DNA of 64,000 nucleotides from assembly GCA_030390025.1 (NCBI GenBank), contig CM059425.1, positions 51,894,001-51,958,000 of the forward strand, in the 5' to 3' direction. The DNA is from Squalus acanthias (lineage: Eukaryota). Position numbers and translations under genes: made by a program. The notes beneath the pieces were generated by a model that saw nothing but the letters and a program-made list of their open reading frames with translations, did no database searches and was not told the DNA's origin. Below are positions 62,109 to 64,000 of this stretch, one piece after another; the first letter of the stretch is position 1, and each line of letters opens with the position of its first letter.

Positions 62109-62860
62109 GGCCATGACTGAATTCTCAGTTTGCTGGATGTTATACATTTCGTTGCTAGATGTTGAGATCTTGTGACTCAGAGCAACATTGCAAACTACTT
62201 TTGTCATTTGTGTATGATCAATAAAGAAGGAGAATTTGGTGGAGTTCGAATTTGGGAGCAACTTCAGCAAGCAGAGCCGATCCCTAATACTATTCCTCAG
62301 TCTGACTATAATTGCAGTTAATGACTTTGATCACCGAAACTTCCATCAAAGCTTTGAGCCAACCTGAGCCAGAATTAAATAATTAAATTAGTGAGGATAG
62401 AGAGAATTTTGAAAATGACGATCCTCTGACTTCAGCAGCCAGTCTCAGGATGCTCTCGGACATTAATTATATGCAGCATTCATCTAGCGACTTATTTGAC
62501 TCAAAAATGTTGACTAGCCTGGCAAAAATTGAAGTAATCGCTCATGATTAAATTCCAAAGATAAAACCGCCCAAAATAAATTGTTTAAAAAACTAATTGT
62601 TGAAATTAAAATAAAACGGAATTATTTTTAAAATTTTCATCTTAAAATTGTAAATGCCTTCAAAACATCCTGCAATTGCTTGCAAGTGTTTATAAGGCAC
62701 GTTTATTATAGCATGTATGATGTTATAATTTTGTCTAGTCCGAGAGTATAACGTTAATTGTAAAATTTCAAAAAATTCCATCCCACAATAATCCCTTGCT
62801 TGGGGGAAGTTGTGAAAAAAATTCAGAAAACAGTTCATTACAGTTTTCAAAAATGTACTA

Positions 62861-63181
62861 CAGGTTGAGCGTCCCGAATCCGGCAACCTCGGGACCGAGG
62901 CCAAACCGGTTTTCGTGTTTTTCCGGACGTCGGAACGTGTTTCTGATGTCCGAAGTCCGGAAACGGCCGAGCCCAGGTTGCGATATTTCCGGACTTCGGA
63001 CATCAGAAACATGTTCAGAGTCCAGAAATGCCTGGGCCCAGGTTACGATATTTCCGGTTTTTTGGCAAGCCTCCCTCAGGGTGTCCGGATTCCGGAACAT
63101 TTTACGGATTCCGGACGACCCTGCCACCAATCGTCCCGGAGTCTGGAATTCCGGAACTACGGGTTTTGGACGTTCAACCTG
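62861..63181. mobile_element. Tigger/pogo-type MITE, 321 bp
   Basis: TIRs caggttgagcgtcc / ggacgttcaacctg with a TA TSD. Internal inverted repeat tgtttctgatgtccgaagtccggaaa / tttccggacttcggacatcagaaaca. Confidence 0.88.
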
Positions 63182-64000
63182 TACTACTTTAATAATGCCA
63201 AATAAGTTTGTGTGCCGTTTTAATTCTAGTTCTGACACTAGTGTTTTAAAAGACCAAGTATAACATTTACAGAAAGCTTTGATAAGGTGCAGACAATTCT
63301 GAAGTCTGGTTAAAACTTAAGTGGAGCATTTTGAAACAGAGGTAACAAGTTAGTGTTCTTGTTCGTGGATGAATCATTCATAGCATAAACGGGGTGGTTT
63401 TACCAAAGGGCACTAGTGCCTCCAAATGCTCAGCCATTTTTCAGTGTGGCTTTGCAGCACTGAAAATAATAGGCAATTGCAAAAAGGAGAATTAGCATTT
63501 TGCATCTCCTGAATCACACACATTGACTTTTTGCCTAAAAGGAAATGACGCTTCCATTCAACAGAATGCACAAAATTTAATGTGGGGAAACAAACTTGCA
63601 TGTATATAGTTAATATATACACACACTTGAGCAAATTGGACAACTTTTTAAAAAATCAGCTGCATAGAAATGACAAATTAGTTTCTTCACACTTCACAGT
63701 ACTGCATTTGCAAATGCTTTTTCAAAGTACTGTCCCTTAAATTTAATTGTGTAATTGTACAGAAATATCAAGCATTACAAAAGGGGACATATGGATGCTG
63801 GAGTGCACCTGCTGTGCGTTCAGGTCATGGTATTTAATTAGATAAATTCATAAACCCACTTCATGTATAGAGAAGCTAAGCTGGTTTCTAGACTCTTCTG
63901 TGAAATTCAAATTGGATGGCAGGCCTGAAGTAAACTCAGTCACCAAAATAATCATTAAGTTGGCACTGTATATGGCTACCCAATGAAGATGGAAAACCTT

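Noticed and set aside
60400-64000. Further upstream EXOC5 exons
   Set aside because: I could not find the expected preceding peptide on the minus strand. The region appears intronic and the rest of the gene probably lies beyond the window.

Overview
This is eukaryotic, repeat-rich vertebrate DNA. The repeat content (Deu-domain SINEs, CR1 and L2 LINEs, Penelope-like elements, PIF/Harbinger elements and MITEs) suggests a cartilaginous fish, which is an inference. The only host gene is EXOC5 (Sec10): its last seven coding exons lie on the minus strand (59887 down to the stop at 46450), with GT-AG boundaries and consistent phases. Bases 1 to about 45500 are gene-free. That stretch holds three decayed two-gene Harbinger transposons (HARBI1-like transposase on +, intron-containing Myb/SANT gene on -), many MITEs, a 1136-bp solo LTR with a 4-bp TSD, a Gypsy integrase relic and a homogeneous ~85 x 30-bp minisatellite. 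The most notable observation is seven Penelope-derived minimal hammerhead ribozyme cores. Two of them lie in tandem on the sense strand of the last EXOC5 intron in an arrangement compatible with a cis-dimeric hammerhead, and two form a 214-bp palindromic insertion with a 13-bp TSD. I see no convincing evidence of a wholly new multi-gene system. Repeat boundaries were read by eye and are approximate unless a TSD or TIR is given.
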